A DNA stretch of 64,000 bases, taken from Lingula anatina (lineage: Eukaryota; Animalia; Brachiopoda). Position 1 is the first letter of the stretch; each line of letters begins with the position of its first letter. The position numbers and the translations under genes were made by a program. Below, in pieces: positions 11,401 to 23,335 of this stretch. The DNA lies in the NCBI GenBank assembly GCA_051362555.1, contig JBPQGU010000016.1:1240001-1304000 (forward strand). Reading direction: 5' to 3'. The notes beneath the pieces were generated by a model. That model saw only the letters and a program-made list of their open reading frames with translations, had not been told where the DNA came from and made no database searches.

Positions 11401-13800
11401 GCCAACAGAACGTGCTCTTGGTGTTTGCTGGGACATTGAAGTGGACAGCTTCACATATAAAATGGATCTTGAGAAGAAACCATTGACCAAGAGAGGCCTT
11501 TTAAGTGTCATCAGTTCTATTTATGACCCCCTGGGCTTTATTTCTCCCTTCACTATCAGAGCGAAGAAGATGTTACAAGATTTAACACGTGATAAGATAG
11601 GTTGGGATGAAGCTGTGCCTTATAAAACCCAGGTAGAGTGGTCAGGTTGGAAGAACAGCTTGCCCAAGATGAAAGAAATGAAAGTACCAAGATGTGTACA
11701 GCCAGTACAGCCTGAGAATATTGCCAGCATTCAGTTACACCATTTTTCTGATGCGTCTACCATGGCATATGGTGTTGTAAGTTACCTCCGTGTACAAGAC
11801 ATCTCAGGTCAGATACATACTTCATTGTTGATGTCAAAGGCTCGGTTGGCACCGATCAAGCAGCTTACGATTCCGCGCCTCGAGCTTACAGCAGCTACTA
11901 TGGCAGTCAGATTAGATTACATGATACGACAGGAACTCACTTTTCCTGTGGACAGTTCAATATTTTGGACAGACAGCACGTGTACTTTGAGTTACATTCG
12001 AAGTGAAGATAAGCGATTTCAAACATACGTTGAAAACAGAGTCTCTGTCATCAGAGAAGGTTCAATTCCGTCACAGTGGCACTACATCGATTCAAAGAGG
12101 AATCCAGCTGACGATTGCACAAGGGGACTCGCTGCCCATGAAATGGTTAACAGTATCAGATGGATTGAAGGACCAGAATTTCTTAAGCAGAGTGAGTGCC
12201 ACTGGCCAGAAACTCCAGATGTTAAGGGAGTGTCAGATGAAGATAAAGAGTTAAAGAGACCAAAGACATGACTAGCACAAAGAAGTGAGTCAGTACAGGA
12301 ATCAGTGATAGATAAGATTCTAAAACGCCGATCTTCGTGGAAAAAGCTGAAGAAAGATGTTGCTGTGATACTACGCTTCAATCAGTGGTTAATCGCAAGA
12401 CATAGAAGAGAAAAGGTGAATGTACCCACAGGTCCACTTTCAGTGGAAGAAACAGAAAAGGCAGAGTTAGAAATCTTGAAGTATATCCAAGGGCAACACT
12501 TTGGGAAAGAGCTCTCAGAAATTAATCGAGCTGCAAACAGTCAGAGTGGTGTTAAACGTGCAAGTAAGTTGTTTAAGCTTGCACCAGTGATGCATTCTTC
12601 AGGTGTGTTAGTAGTTGGTGGTAGATTGAACAATTCAGCTATTTCAGAAGGGATAAAAATCCAGTGATTTTACCACAGCACCATGTTGTAGATTTGATTA
12701 TTGACGAGCAACACAAAGCCTTAGGACATAGTGGACGGGAATATGTGCTTTCTGAATTGAGACAGAAGTATTGGATTATAGGAGCGAGGAAATCCATTCG
12801 CAGAGTGATCAGCAAGTGTGTCAAATGTAAGCGAAACAATGCGTTACCATGTCAGCAAAGAATGGCTGATTTGCCAACAGTTAGAGTTACACCCAATGAA
12901 CCATGTTTTACTTATGTGGGTGTGGACTATTTTGGTCCATTTTTGATTAAACGTGGAAGGTCAGAGGTTAAGAGGTATGGGTGTTTATTTTCATGTTTAG
13001 CATCAAGAGCAGTGCATATTGAAATAGCGCAATCACTAGATACTTCATCATTTATTAATGCCCTGCAGCGTTTCATCAGTAGACGTGGAAAACCCAAGAA
13101 AATATTTTCAGACAATGGAACTAACTTTGTTGGTGCAGAGCGTGAATTGAAGGCAGCTGTCACAGAATGGAATCAGAGTAAGATACATGAATATTTACAC
13201 CAGAACCACATAGATTGGCATTTTAACCCACCTAGTGCTTCACATATGGGTGGTGTATGGGAAAGATCCATCAGAACTGTTAGAAAGGTATTAAGAGGTG
13301 TTGTGACAGAACAGGTTTTAGATGATGAGAATCTTGTCACTTTAATGTGTATTGTGGAAGCAATTGTGAATGGGCGTCCGTTGACACCGGTGTCCAGTGA
13401 TCCCAATGATTTGGAAGCGTTGACCCCAAACCACTTGTTATTGTTACGCTCTGGGTCTGTGCTCCCACCAGGTGATTTTGACAAGACAGACACATATAGC
13501 AAACGCAGATGGAGGCAGGTTCAGTATTTGGCAAACATTTTCTGGTGCAGGTGGATAAAAGAATACTTACCTACCTTGCAAAGTCGTCAAAAGTGGTTGG
13601 AGCCAAAGCGAAATTTGAATATTGGTGATATTGTGTTAGTGATTGATGAAGATGTTCCTAGAAATGTGTGGCCAATTGCTAGAGTGATAAATACTTACCC
13701 AGGAAAGGATGGACTTGTTCGCACAGTTCAAATTAAGACTAGGAATTCTATATTGATGCGACCAATACATAAACTGTGCTTGTTAGAGGAAGCGCAATAA
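8468..13800 (+). CDS. BEL/Pao gag-pol polyprotein, interrupted by an in-frame TGA (12269-12271) and a -1 frameshift near 12655-12660
   Basis: Gag ([12 protein letters not shown]), Cys/His zinc knuckles ([42 protein letters not shown]), protease LLDSGS, RT YVDD, RNase [15 protein letters not shown], integrase HHCC and GVDYFGP..SDNGTNF..WERSIR. Confidence 0.95.
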
Positions 13801-14304
13801 ATGAACAATCATTATAGTGTAAAACTGTAATTTTAAGGGGAATCCCCGTCAAGGAGCCATCAGTTGACTTGAGTGAACTTTTTATGTTTAGACTGGTGCA
13901 TTGTATAAACACTGGACTGGATTAATTTCAGTGTTATGGACTGTTAAATGTATAGAATCTTTAAAATTAAGACTGTTTTTCACATTTTGTTTAAAAGGAA
14001 AGGGTTTGTTTTCATGTGAATGGCAGGTTGACATGTGTGAGAGAGATAGATATGCTTACAATGTTGTGTTATGTTATGTTCAGAAATTGCTCATAAACTT
14101 TGATGCATAATGCTTATATACATATGGTAATGGTTATTGAGTTTTAAAGTTGTTTAATAGAGAAGGTAAAGTTAAGTTCACAAAATTGTTTTGATATATG
14201 TATGAATGTTGTATGGTAATGGATGTTAAGTTTTGGATTTGTGTTAGAGTTGATATTTAATTATAGTTTAAGTAAATTGTGGGATTCACAATTTAAGGGA
14301 GCCA

Positions 14305-14592
14305 TGTAACTGACAAGTAGCTATTTTTAGTAGTGTCTTGACCTTAATTGTAGTATCGGTGTTGATAGTATTTAGTTTTTGCGGGCACGTGTTTGTTAGA
14401 CAAGTCAGATTCTCGCAACGAGTTTCAGGTTGATTCAGATGAAAGTTGTTACCAGTTGTTTCCAGTTGAAAGTTGATGAAAGTTGATGTAAGTTGACATA
14501 AGTTGATGTTAGACAATAAACAGTACCATTTGTTACCAGTTGATGTTATATATCGTTGACAATTGAATAAAATTGGACTGACACCCGCAACA
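14305..14592 (+). repeat. 3' LTR of the BEL element
   Basis: Identical by eye to 8138-8425; followed by the TSD ATTAT. Confidence 0.97.
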
Positions 14593-14954
14593 ATTATAAT
14601 ATTAAGCATATAAATTATAATCACTTCTTAAAATAAGTTTTTTTTTACTAGTATAGATAGCGTGGCTGCATAAAAAACACAGGTATGTCGATGACTAAAT
14701 TCATAAATAACTACAAAGAAAATGAGTAACATAGACGAAAATTAATAACATGAGTAGGCTACACTGAAATCGTAAACATACAGATGAAACTTTTATTATT
14801 TTTCATGTATCTTATTTTTTGTTTTTAAATGAATGAAGTAATCTTTACCGATTAAGGTCGGACGTTTAAGCCATATCAGCTACAACAAAATGAATGCTTG
14901 CACGAAAATTGCACTGAAGTCAACATGTCCGTTCTTATCAATTATTATTATTAC

Positions 14955-14987
<33 letters not shown>

Positions 14988-15437
14988 GCCTGTCATTTTC
15001 TGCACCGTTCCAGGATCTGATCAGATATAATCAACAAAAGAACTGGTGTAATAAACTAGTAGTTTACTGACGTAATTGACTCATTGCTTACTGACGTAAC
15101 GAACTATTTATTCACTGACGTAATGAAACAAATTAATTCCTCACTGTTAAAAGCCTATCTAAAAACAAGCATTGCATATTTTACGAATATAAAACACTTT
15201 TTAAGTAAAAGCATCGAACTGTGGAGTGTAGGTCCTATGGACTATTGAACTGTACATCGTCCACTATCTCATGATGTACGTCTGCACATTTCTATCCGCA
15301 GGAACAGATTTCGTTCGCTGTTATCAATATTGTTTTTATACTAACAATAGTACTTGCAGTATAGTATATCACAGTTTAGATAGTATATCACAATTTAGAT
15401 AACATTATGTAATGCGTTCTCTTCCTAAGAGTTAAAT

Positions 15438-15629
15438 CAGGCCCGTAGCCGGGGGGGGGGGGGGGGGGGGGGTTCGGGGGGTTCGGGGGGTTCGAAAGAA
15501 CCGCCCCTTTTGCTGGGAAAAGGTCCACTCTGGGTAAAATTTAACCTAGGTACATAACGATTTTATGGATAAAAGGTCCACTTTTTCAGAAAAAGAACCC
15601 CCCTTTTGAAATTGCTGGCTACGGGCCTG
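15438..15629. mobile_element. MITE, CAGGCCCGTAGCC TIR, 5-bp TSD TAAAT
   Basis: 13-bp TIRs; absent from the paralogous site near 5030. Confidence 0.85.
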
Positions 15630-16042
15630 TAAATATATATATACAAACAATTTTGTGATCGCTGCTGATATTACACAATTTATTCACTTTATTCTTCTGT
15701 CATTATATACGGGCAAACAACTTAAATTAACGCATATTGACGTATAATGCTGGTTCATTGATTTGTTCGTTATTTCTTGAATATGTTATTTAAAAACTCA
15801 ACGCTTGCAGAAATAATGATATCAAGTCCGAGTATTTTTACCAAAAATAACTTTCTTACTGCCACAAAATCGCACTGCCCGGTATTGCATTATAGTCAAA
15901 AGCAGTTGCCCTTTCACCCCCTTCAATGTTGGGCTTGACAACATTTTAGTCAACATCAGATCCATACATCAGTGTTTACGACCTTTAAATGATATATTAT
16001 TGATATTTTATATAAATATGCTATTTGATATGTTAATGATAC

Positions 16043-17252
16043 TGTTATGTTTTTATCAGTTTAAATTTAAAGTGTACACTAAATGTGCGTCTCATTGTCA
16101 CCTTTGCTTAGAGCAATAATAACTCTTCTTTGAGATTCAAAATTCCGCAAGAAATACATTCTAAACAACACACGGAAATATATTATACTGCATTTCACCA
16201 CTAAAACAGCTGTTATTGTGGTAAAACTAAAAACTGTGCTTGTCAATAGGGCTTTCGGTGCCTTTCTTCCCGGTCGTCAGGGCATTCGTTGCCAAGGATT
16301 TTGGCGCATCACGCGGATTCTCGCGTGCATTCGAGACCAAAATAACATGTGGTGTGATAAGATATATAGCACAATCCTCAGACGTAAGTTGCGAGTTTTT
16401 GTACAGTGTGTCGGATAACGAATAGCTCAGAACTGCACACGTTGTAGATATAATTGCATTCTGAGCAATAAGACGATTATATCGTATGAATCTTATTTTA
16501 TTGTAATAAAGTGTTGTTGTTGTCTGCTTTTCCCGCGGTTTTAAGTAGGTCATCAGAAAACCCCGCTCGATATGCTATGTCAGAGAGAGCTCCGTCAGTT
16601 AGCAAAAAACCAAGCGTTTAGGAAAAAAACCCCTGGACTAACTTTGAATGCAGGAATGGGGTCGTTGACCATTGGTAAGTACGGGAAAATTGCCGTTTAC
16701 GCCAGGAAAATCCAATTTTTGGCCAAAACGAAGAGTCATTATGACTTTTACAGAGCTTTTCGCACTGGAATGACCAGAGCAACGTGCCCCTCTTGTCAGC
16801 TTTAATTATATAACGAACGCCTTTTGGTCAAGGGAGCTCCGAGGGCCTTTTGCACTGGACTGCCCTAAGCGGGAGCCCTTTCTAATTAAGGAGAGCCTTT
16901 TCCAGGATCCCTAGATTTTTTTTTTTTTAGCTCCTCCGGCCCGTGCCGCTGGAGCACTATAAAAGGGTTGTAGTTCGTAGCAAAAGAACATTGCATTAGA
17001 GATTAGGAATGGCATTAGAGATTAGAGATTGCATTAGAGATTGGATTAGATTAGATTGGAGTACAGAGCGTAGCACAGAACAGAGTAGAGATTAGTGATT
17101 TGAACACATGTAGAGACGGTCAAGATAACCGAAAGTTGTGACTTTTGAACTTAATTTAGTTGAATAAACTTCATCGTTTTATTTTCAACTGGTGGCAGCG
17201 TTTATTTTGAATTTCACCAATCGCGCTCTGAAGAGCAAGTAAGAACGTGACA
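16043..17252 (+). mobile_element. Solo LTR (about 1.2 kb), probably Gypsy/Ty3-type
   Basis: TGTTA...TGACA ends, flanks ATAC/ACAC (4 bp, 1 mismatch), TATAAAA near 16958, AATAAA near 17163. Empty site in the paralogue at about 5440. Confidence 0.75.
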
Positions 17253-17450
17253 ACACATTACTGCAGCCTTTTCTTTGCTACATATTTGTGAGACTGGGTA
17301 AAAAAAATTGGTCCCCTAGTGGTCACAAGCTCGGTTCAACAGGGGCTTCAGCAATATTCTTTCTTAGCAGATCTGGTCACCACAGTCCCTAAAAACCAGT
17401 CAAATACGTGAACAGTATATCTGTAGCAATGTCCTATCTTTTCTGAAACA

Positions 17451-17753
17451 CAGGCCTACCCAACTACCAGACTCGGCACCGAATGATCCCGAATTCACCG
17501 GTAGATCGGACCACACTACCCGTTTTCAAGTTGTGTGTCAGTACGCAGTTCACAGTATCATACCCGGTACACATTTTGAGATGAGATGCAGTACTTTCCA
17601 ACCCCGCTGAGAATCATCACTTTCACACCGCGTACTAGGCGCGACTGATACTCCGAAGCGCGTACCGAGACACCTTGAAAACAGGTAGTGTGGTCCGACT
17701 TACCGGTGAATTCATTATCGTTCGGTGGCGAGTTTAGTAGTTGGGTAGGCCTG
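17451..17753. mobile_element. MITE with about 95-bp imperfect TIRs (CAGGCCTACCCAACTAC), 5-bp TSD AAACA
   Basis: TIRs and TSD visible; absent from the paralogue near 5630. Confidence 0.85.
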
Positions 17754-17802
17754 AAACAGATGTCATCTGCCACAAATATCAAAATATCTTTGCTGTCTGG
17801 TA

Positions 17803-19906
17803 TCATGTCTTGTTCTCCTTCTTGTTTTTATGTTTGTCATATACAGGGTTACCACTTAATATGGAATATTATTTTTTGGCGAGTAAATTTTCTACAAAAT
17901 ATTTAATTTCTCTCTAACTACTTTAAATCCAAAGCTGAGGTGTCATTCCATGTGTAGCCAGGTGTGTTACCTAATTACCACACAACTCTCGAAACAATTG
18001 ATGCATGCAGTTGCATGTTCTGTGGTCAGAAATGTGAGGGGTGTCTCTTTTCGGCAATTTCTGCCCTTGTATAAAAACGCATGGGTTTGGTTAATCTTTG
18101 GAGTGTGTTTAGAGAAGCAACAAAGGGATCTCTCTGAAACTTGACAGGTACCTTAGTGAAAATATGGTTCGACAGCTAAGCAACGCAGCTTACTAAGGGA
18201 TTCTTGCTCTCAGAGAAAATGGTCAGAAACGGACAGCCATTGCCAGGTAATTCAACATTTATCAGGAACCGTTTGTGAAGTCCTCCAAAGAAATGCTGCA
18301 ACAGGGGCACCTACTCAAATACCTCGACCAGGGTGTCCGCGTATCACACCAAGAAGACAGGATCGCCTTCTCCTTAGAGGACGCCGTGCTGGTCGTACAA
18401 AGACAACCAGTGTCCTCAGAAAAGAGAGGCAGAATGTCATTCAAACTCCCGTTTCAAGGTCCCACGTGAACAAGATATTTCTGCAAGCCGGTTATTTTGC
18501 ACGAAGGCCAGTAGGGAAACTACTGTTAACAGCAGGTCATATACAGCGACGTCTGCAATGGGCTGGGGACCACGTGCGTTCGCAGCCAAAACACTGGAAT
18601 CACGTCGTTTTCAGTGATGAGGCCAGAAATGGATTTTTTAGGGTTGATCGTCGAATCCGTGTCCACCGACGTGTACGAGGGGCATAAAACAATGACTGTG
18701 TACTGCCTAGGGTGCAAGCAGGGACGGTAACGTCTCTGTTCGGGAGCATTTCATGTCGGTGCCCAGAACCAGTTGGTTTTTCTAGGAGGCAACCTCATTC
18801 AGGATTCCTACAGAGACATTCTACAGCAAATAATGCTTCGATTGGTAAGAGTCATCTTCAGGAACAACTTTGTGTACCAAGACGACTGCGCAACCCCACA
18901 TCGAGGCCGCAGAATCACTGTTTTTCTTCAAAACCAATGGGTTCAGCAACTGCCCTGGCCTGCAAACTCTCCAGATATGAACCCAATTGAAAAGCTGTGG
19001 GCGGAAGTAACTCACAGAATTAATAGCTATGGTCCTCGGCCGGTAAATAGTGATCAACTGCGATAGGCAAATATCACTGCGTGGAATGATATCCCCACCC
19101 AAACTCTAAAAAACGTGTCACAGGGTATGCCATGTAGGATGAGGGCGCTGCAAGCGGCTGCTGGAGGTCATACCCGCAATTACTGACTTTTCATGATTTA
19201 CTGTAGTGAGTTCTTTGACTGTGTAACATATCACTGTCCGGAGGCTATCATTTTCTTTAATATCTTATCTTAAAGTCTATACTGACATCAAACTGTTGAA
19301 ATAGTTTTCTGGGGGTGCTCCTTTCTTTTGAATGGCATCTTATGTCAGATTTGATATTATTGACCAAAATATCTCACAACAGAAGACTGGATGTTATTAT
19401 CACTCAGTGACATACTTTTTTAATGACTCAAGCCAAAAAAAATTTAATCAGCACTCAAAAATAACAATGATAAAAAATATTCCATATTAAGTAGCAACCC
19501 TGTATGTGCCCTGCTGCACCAACGGCCACTGCAACGCCAGTACAAACAGCAGCCGCTAGCCAAAAATAATCTGCCTGAAAAATAAAATAAATCAATAAAA
19601 CAAAATAATTGATTAAACAAGTGAATGGATTAAATGAAAAGAATTAAGATGTTTAACATTTACACACTGTTCTAGATGTGACAGCAAAAATAAAGATAAT
19701 AACTCATAAGCTGATCATGAAATGAAGCTCAATAAAAAAAAGAAAGAAAGAAAAACAGAAAAAATGTTAAACATACCTGTTCACTCAACTCCACTCCATA
19801 TCTACACCAGGATACAAAATGTTCACAGTTTTTCAAGAGGACATTGTAGCCGATTTTTCCCACCTGTGACCAAGCCCTCTCCACGATCTCATCACACCGA
19901 AAAGGT
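17803..19906 (-). pseudogene. PLAAT/HRASLS copy 3: intact exon 3 (19777-19906), exon 4 split by Tc1 (19503-19574 and 17803-17841); no intact exons 1-2
   Basis: Exon 3 reads [44 protein letters not shown]. Removing the Tc1 and one TA restores [36 protein letters not shown]. Homology to the other copies stops near 20175. Confidence 0.85.
17844..19502 (+). mobile_element. Tc1/mariner (DD34E) DNA transposon with a decayed transposase (about 18164-19186)
   Basis: 27-bp TIRs CAGGGTT..ACTTAATATGGAATATT (2 mismatches), TA TSD. Motifs WNHVVFSDE, QDDCATPH, WPANSPDMNPIE with 34 residues between D and E. Several stops and frameshifts. Confidence 0.95.
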
Positions 19907-20817
19907 CTGAAACACGAGAATTCGGGTATGATATGATTGTCCTCGTTATCTACTCACATTAAATCTTTAATATTATATATCTGAAACATTTTAGTTAGCA
20001 TTGAAGAAAGAATGAAATATTTCTTTTCTTAAAAAAGTATTGTGGCTTATGAACAGTAAGCAATTGACTGAAAAGAAAAACAATAACCCCGTGAATAATC
20101 CTATTATTATATCACCATTTTATATAACCAGTAGTCAGCTAGTGTATTGGCATGGGTGTGTTTATGGTACTGTTATAGTGAAGAATAACTACGACGATCT
20201 GGAGCTTTCGAGCGTTTATTCACCGACTCCCTCTTCATACAATTTCACAAATATTTATACTTAATTTCTCCGTACTGATGATGCACTGACTTGTTTTCTT
20301 TCCATTGTTTTTGCGTGATTACAAGAAATTTTCCATTCTCGTGTTGTAAACCACCAATCAACATTTCCTTATTAGGTAATATCTAAGAGACTTGTTTTCA
20401 ATTAAAGATATCTAAAATATTATTTGAATTACTCATGCTTAGACCTTATCCAAAACTCAGTCATCATGTGATAAACAGTTGATCAAAATTAAGATATGAT
20501 ATGAAATTAACCAATCACATAAACTGTTACTGATTTGACCTTTTCCATCTTTTTCTGATACTAAAAACCTGTTCTACACTTGTTGAATATTGATGAAACT
20601 TAACTTACACTCAATAACTCCCTATCCTTTTACTCTTTTAATTCCGTTATAATTGTTATCTGTAATTAGTGGAAATGTAGGTCATTCGCTTTACAACATA
20701 CACCCCTTCTTCACATTTGCTTCAAATCCTCTAATCTCTGATAAGTCACAAGGGCGGTTTAATAAAAGCAAATAAATAAACAGACATGTGAAAAGTGAAT
20801 AGAAAGTAGGTCTATAG

Positions 20818-21094
20818 CAGGGGCATATTATTCACCTATATTTAAAGGGGAGGTCCTGTTTTCTTTTTTAGCTTGGCAGGCACCAGGTGCGAAGCCGACC
20901 CTTGCACCCATGGTGTTGGGTTCGGTGTTTTGGAGGGCAAACGGTGCCATTTGGTGCAGTTTAGAACTATGATCCAGCCCTTCAAACTACTAATATCGAG
21001 AGGGGAATATTGGGCTAATTTTTTTCCAGAAACCGAGGGGGGAGGGGGGGGGGGGGTCAGGACCAACCTGACACCCACCCTAAATCCGCCACTG
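20818..21094. mobile_element. Degenerate MITE of the CAG(G/T)GGCGGAT family
   Basis: CAGGGGC left end and ATCCGCCACTG right end, G-rich subterminus, related in reverse orientation to 31744-32021; TSD unclear. Confidence 0.6.
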
Positions 21095-21689
21095 TATTAT
21101 GTCGTTACGGTTTTTTTTAGTGATAATGTCCCAGAAAAGGTATACATTAAATATTGGCTTAACTTTGAAGTAAATACCAACTGGAAATTTAAACAATTGG
21201 AACACATATAGTTAGCGCTGTAAAATAATACAACCCAAATAAAATGAAACAGAAATATCAACGGGTGTTCATGATAACAAAAGGCAACAGTACTTTAAGC
21301 TAAAAATAATGACCGACTTAACTCCCCGAATATTGGCCACATTTTCATTTGTTTAATTTGCAAGTCTTTATTGGTAGATTTTTATTCGTTTACATTTTCA
21401 CTACATTTTAATAAATTTCCCGCTGTCAGTATTGGTCGTCTATTTCAATAGACCTACTTGGCGGCGATATACAGTAAACGACATACACAGGGTTCAGAAT
21501 GAAGGCACCTAAATACAATGTATGCGCGCACCTGGGTGCTTGAATGCGTGTGTGCTTGCGGGTCCCGTACTTAAACCATAATTAACTGTTGAATCATACT
21601 TGAAAATTTCCTAGTTCAGCAACAGTTTCTCTTATTAATGAAAACAAGAGATCTGGTGACATTTTATTAGGTGTTAAAAACCCCACATA

Positions 21690-21790
21690 CTTTCCTATAT
21701 TTATGGGATTAATGCTTCCTCCTAAACTCCTCCAGGTCCCCCGGCTCTTTGGAGACCAACAAGTCCTTGTTGTGAGGACCCACATTTAGC
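21690..21790 (-). pseudogene. Strongly decayed PLAAT exon 1 relic
   Basis: Frame reads GPHNKDLLVSKEPGDLEEFRRKH*SH, versus [25 protein letters not shown] in copy 1. Upstream 21930-21970 resembles the PLAAT upstream block (ATCCC-CACAGCTGC). Confidence 0.65.
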
Positions 21791-22446
21791 CTAATAATTA
21801 TAGCTCTCCTTTGTAATTTTTAATTGGTCAGCTGGGAACTAAAGAGAACAGTCTATTTTACTTGCGACTGTAGCCGTCTCATCACTTTCACTTTGGCAAT
21901 TTATATACCCGTCTAGTTAATATCACGAAAAAAAAGGGAATCCCCACAGCTGCCATGAAAAACACAAATAAAAGAATCGGCCGCTTTCTGTTCCAGCCTT
22001 CATCACTGAGCTGAGTTGACATTTGGGTCCAATAAATGCACCCGGCCTAACAACTTTTTTTTTAAACAACGTTTATTCAAAAGAATGAAGTGGAGGCAAG
22101 GCGCTGGAAGCATTATATGCTCTCCACAAAATTAAATTAAATAAGTAAATAAATAAAACAAATGGATAGGTATATACATATATACAACAGAGTAAATGTA
22201 AAACTTCATATATATCAGGAGCACAAGTTAAGTACAGAAAGAAAGAAGAGGAAAAGAGATAGTACCTATTAAGTGATAACAAAGTTTACGAGAAGAAAAT
22301 TTGCAACAGTGTCGAAGATAATTTCATTTTGGGTGGGTGATAAGGATTTATGACCGTAGAGAAATAACGACAGCTTTTCTTTTTGTGTTTTGAAAGAGGT
22401 CTTGCTTGCATGTAGAGTTTCATTTATTTTTTGGTAAAGGGGAGGG

Positions 22447-23335
22447 TATGGGCGGCGGTTTATACAAAAATGCAAAACACGATTAGTCGTCATCGTTATC
22501 AGATCAGAAGGCAAAATACGACTAGTAGTCGTCAAAACGCAACTAGTCATCAAAACGCAACTAGTCATCATCAAAACGCAACTTGTCATCATCAAAACGC
22601 AACTAGTCATCATCAAAACGCAACTTGTCATCAAAACGCGATTTGACGCCAGATGGCGCCCATTGTACGAAAATCTAGGCCAAGTCACATGATCCACAGT
22701 GATCAAAATGGCGGACGTTATTGAAGCAGCATTATAATTCCTCGCTCGAACTCGAGAATTATCTCGAGTTCGAGATATTATTATATATATAATATCATTA
22801 TTAGATTGTACGCGTAGAGATAATTCTCGAAATAATAAATAATTAAATAATTTATTAAATAATTTGGACATGTTATAAATTAAAAAAAAAAAACAAAAAC
22901 ACACACTTGTGAAGCACTGCTTTATTGTTGTACTCATTTCACAAGTTCCAGATATTATTATATATATAATATCATTATTAGATTGTACGCGTAGAGATAA
23001 TTCTCGAGTTCGAGCGAGGAATATGATAATGCTGCTTCAATAACGTCCGCCATTTTGATCACTGTGGATCATGTGACTTGGCCTAGATTTTCGTACAATG
23101 GGCGCCATCTGGCGTCAAATCGCGTTTTGATGACAAGTTGCGTTTTGATGATGACTAGTTGCGTTTTGATGATGACTAGTTGCGTTTTGATGACTAGTTG
23201 CGTTTTGACGACTACTAGTCGTATTTTGCCTTCTGATCTGATAACGACGACGACAAATCGTGTTTTCATTTCGACTGATCTGATAACGATGACGACTAAT
23301 CGTGTTTTGCATTTTTGTATAAACCGCCGCCCATA
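22447..23335. mobile_element. Foldback-type palindromic element with arms over 300 bp made partly of 18/21-bp tandem repeats; 6-bp TSD GGAGGG
   Basis: TATGGGCGGCGG...CCGCCGCCCATA termini, repeats CATCAAAACGCAACTAGT(CAT). Removal restores the LINE frame (..SKYPPLYQK..). Confidence 0.9.

Larger units (their letters stand above)
8138..14592 (+). mobile_element. Full-length BEL/Pao LTR retrotransposon
   Basis: 288-bp TG...CA LTRs (8138-8425 and 14305-14592), ATTAT 5-bp TSD, PPT AAGGGAGCCA before the 3' LTR, domain order gag-PR-RT-RH-IN. Confidence 0.97.

Noticed and set aside
12650-12667. Programmed -1 frameshift in BEL pol
   Set aside because: No X XXY YYZ slippery heptamer; a single-A loss in a homopolymer is simpler.
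8449-13534. Antisense ORFs within BEL (and similarly within the GPCR, TRIM and cGLR)
   Set aside because: Shadow frames of real coding sequence with no independent motifs.
21095-21220. Possible PLAAT exon 2 relic (FWDI)
   Set aside because: Only a few residues match; cannot be distinguished from chance.
21983-22006. Second hammerhead-like core (GTGATGA..GAAAGC, minus strand)
   Set aside because: Core mutated and stem II incomplete.
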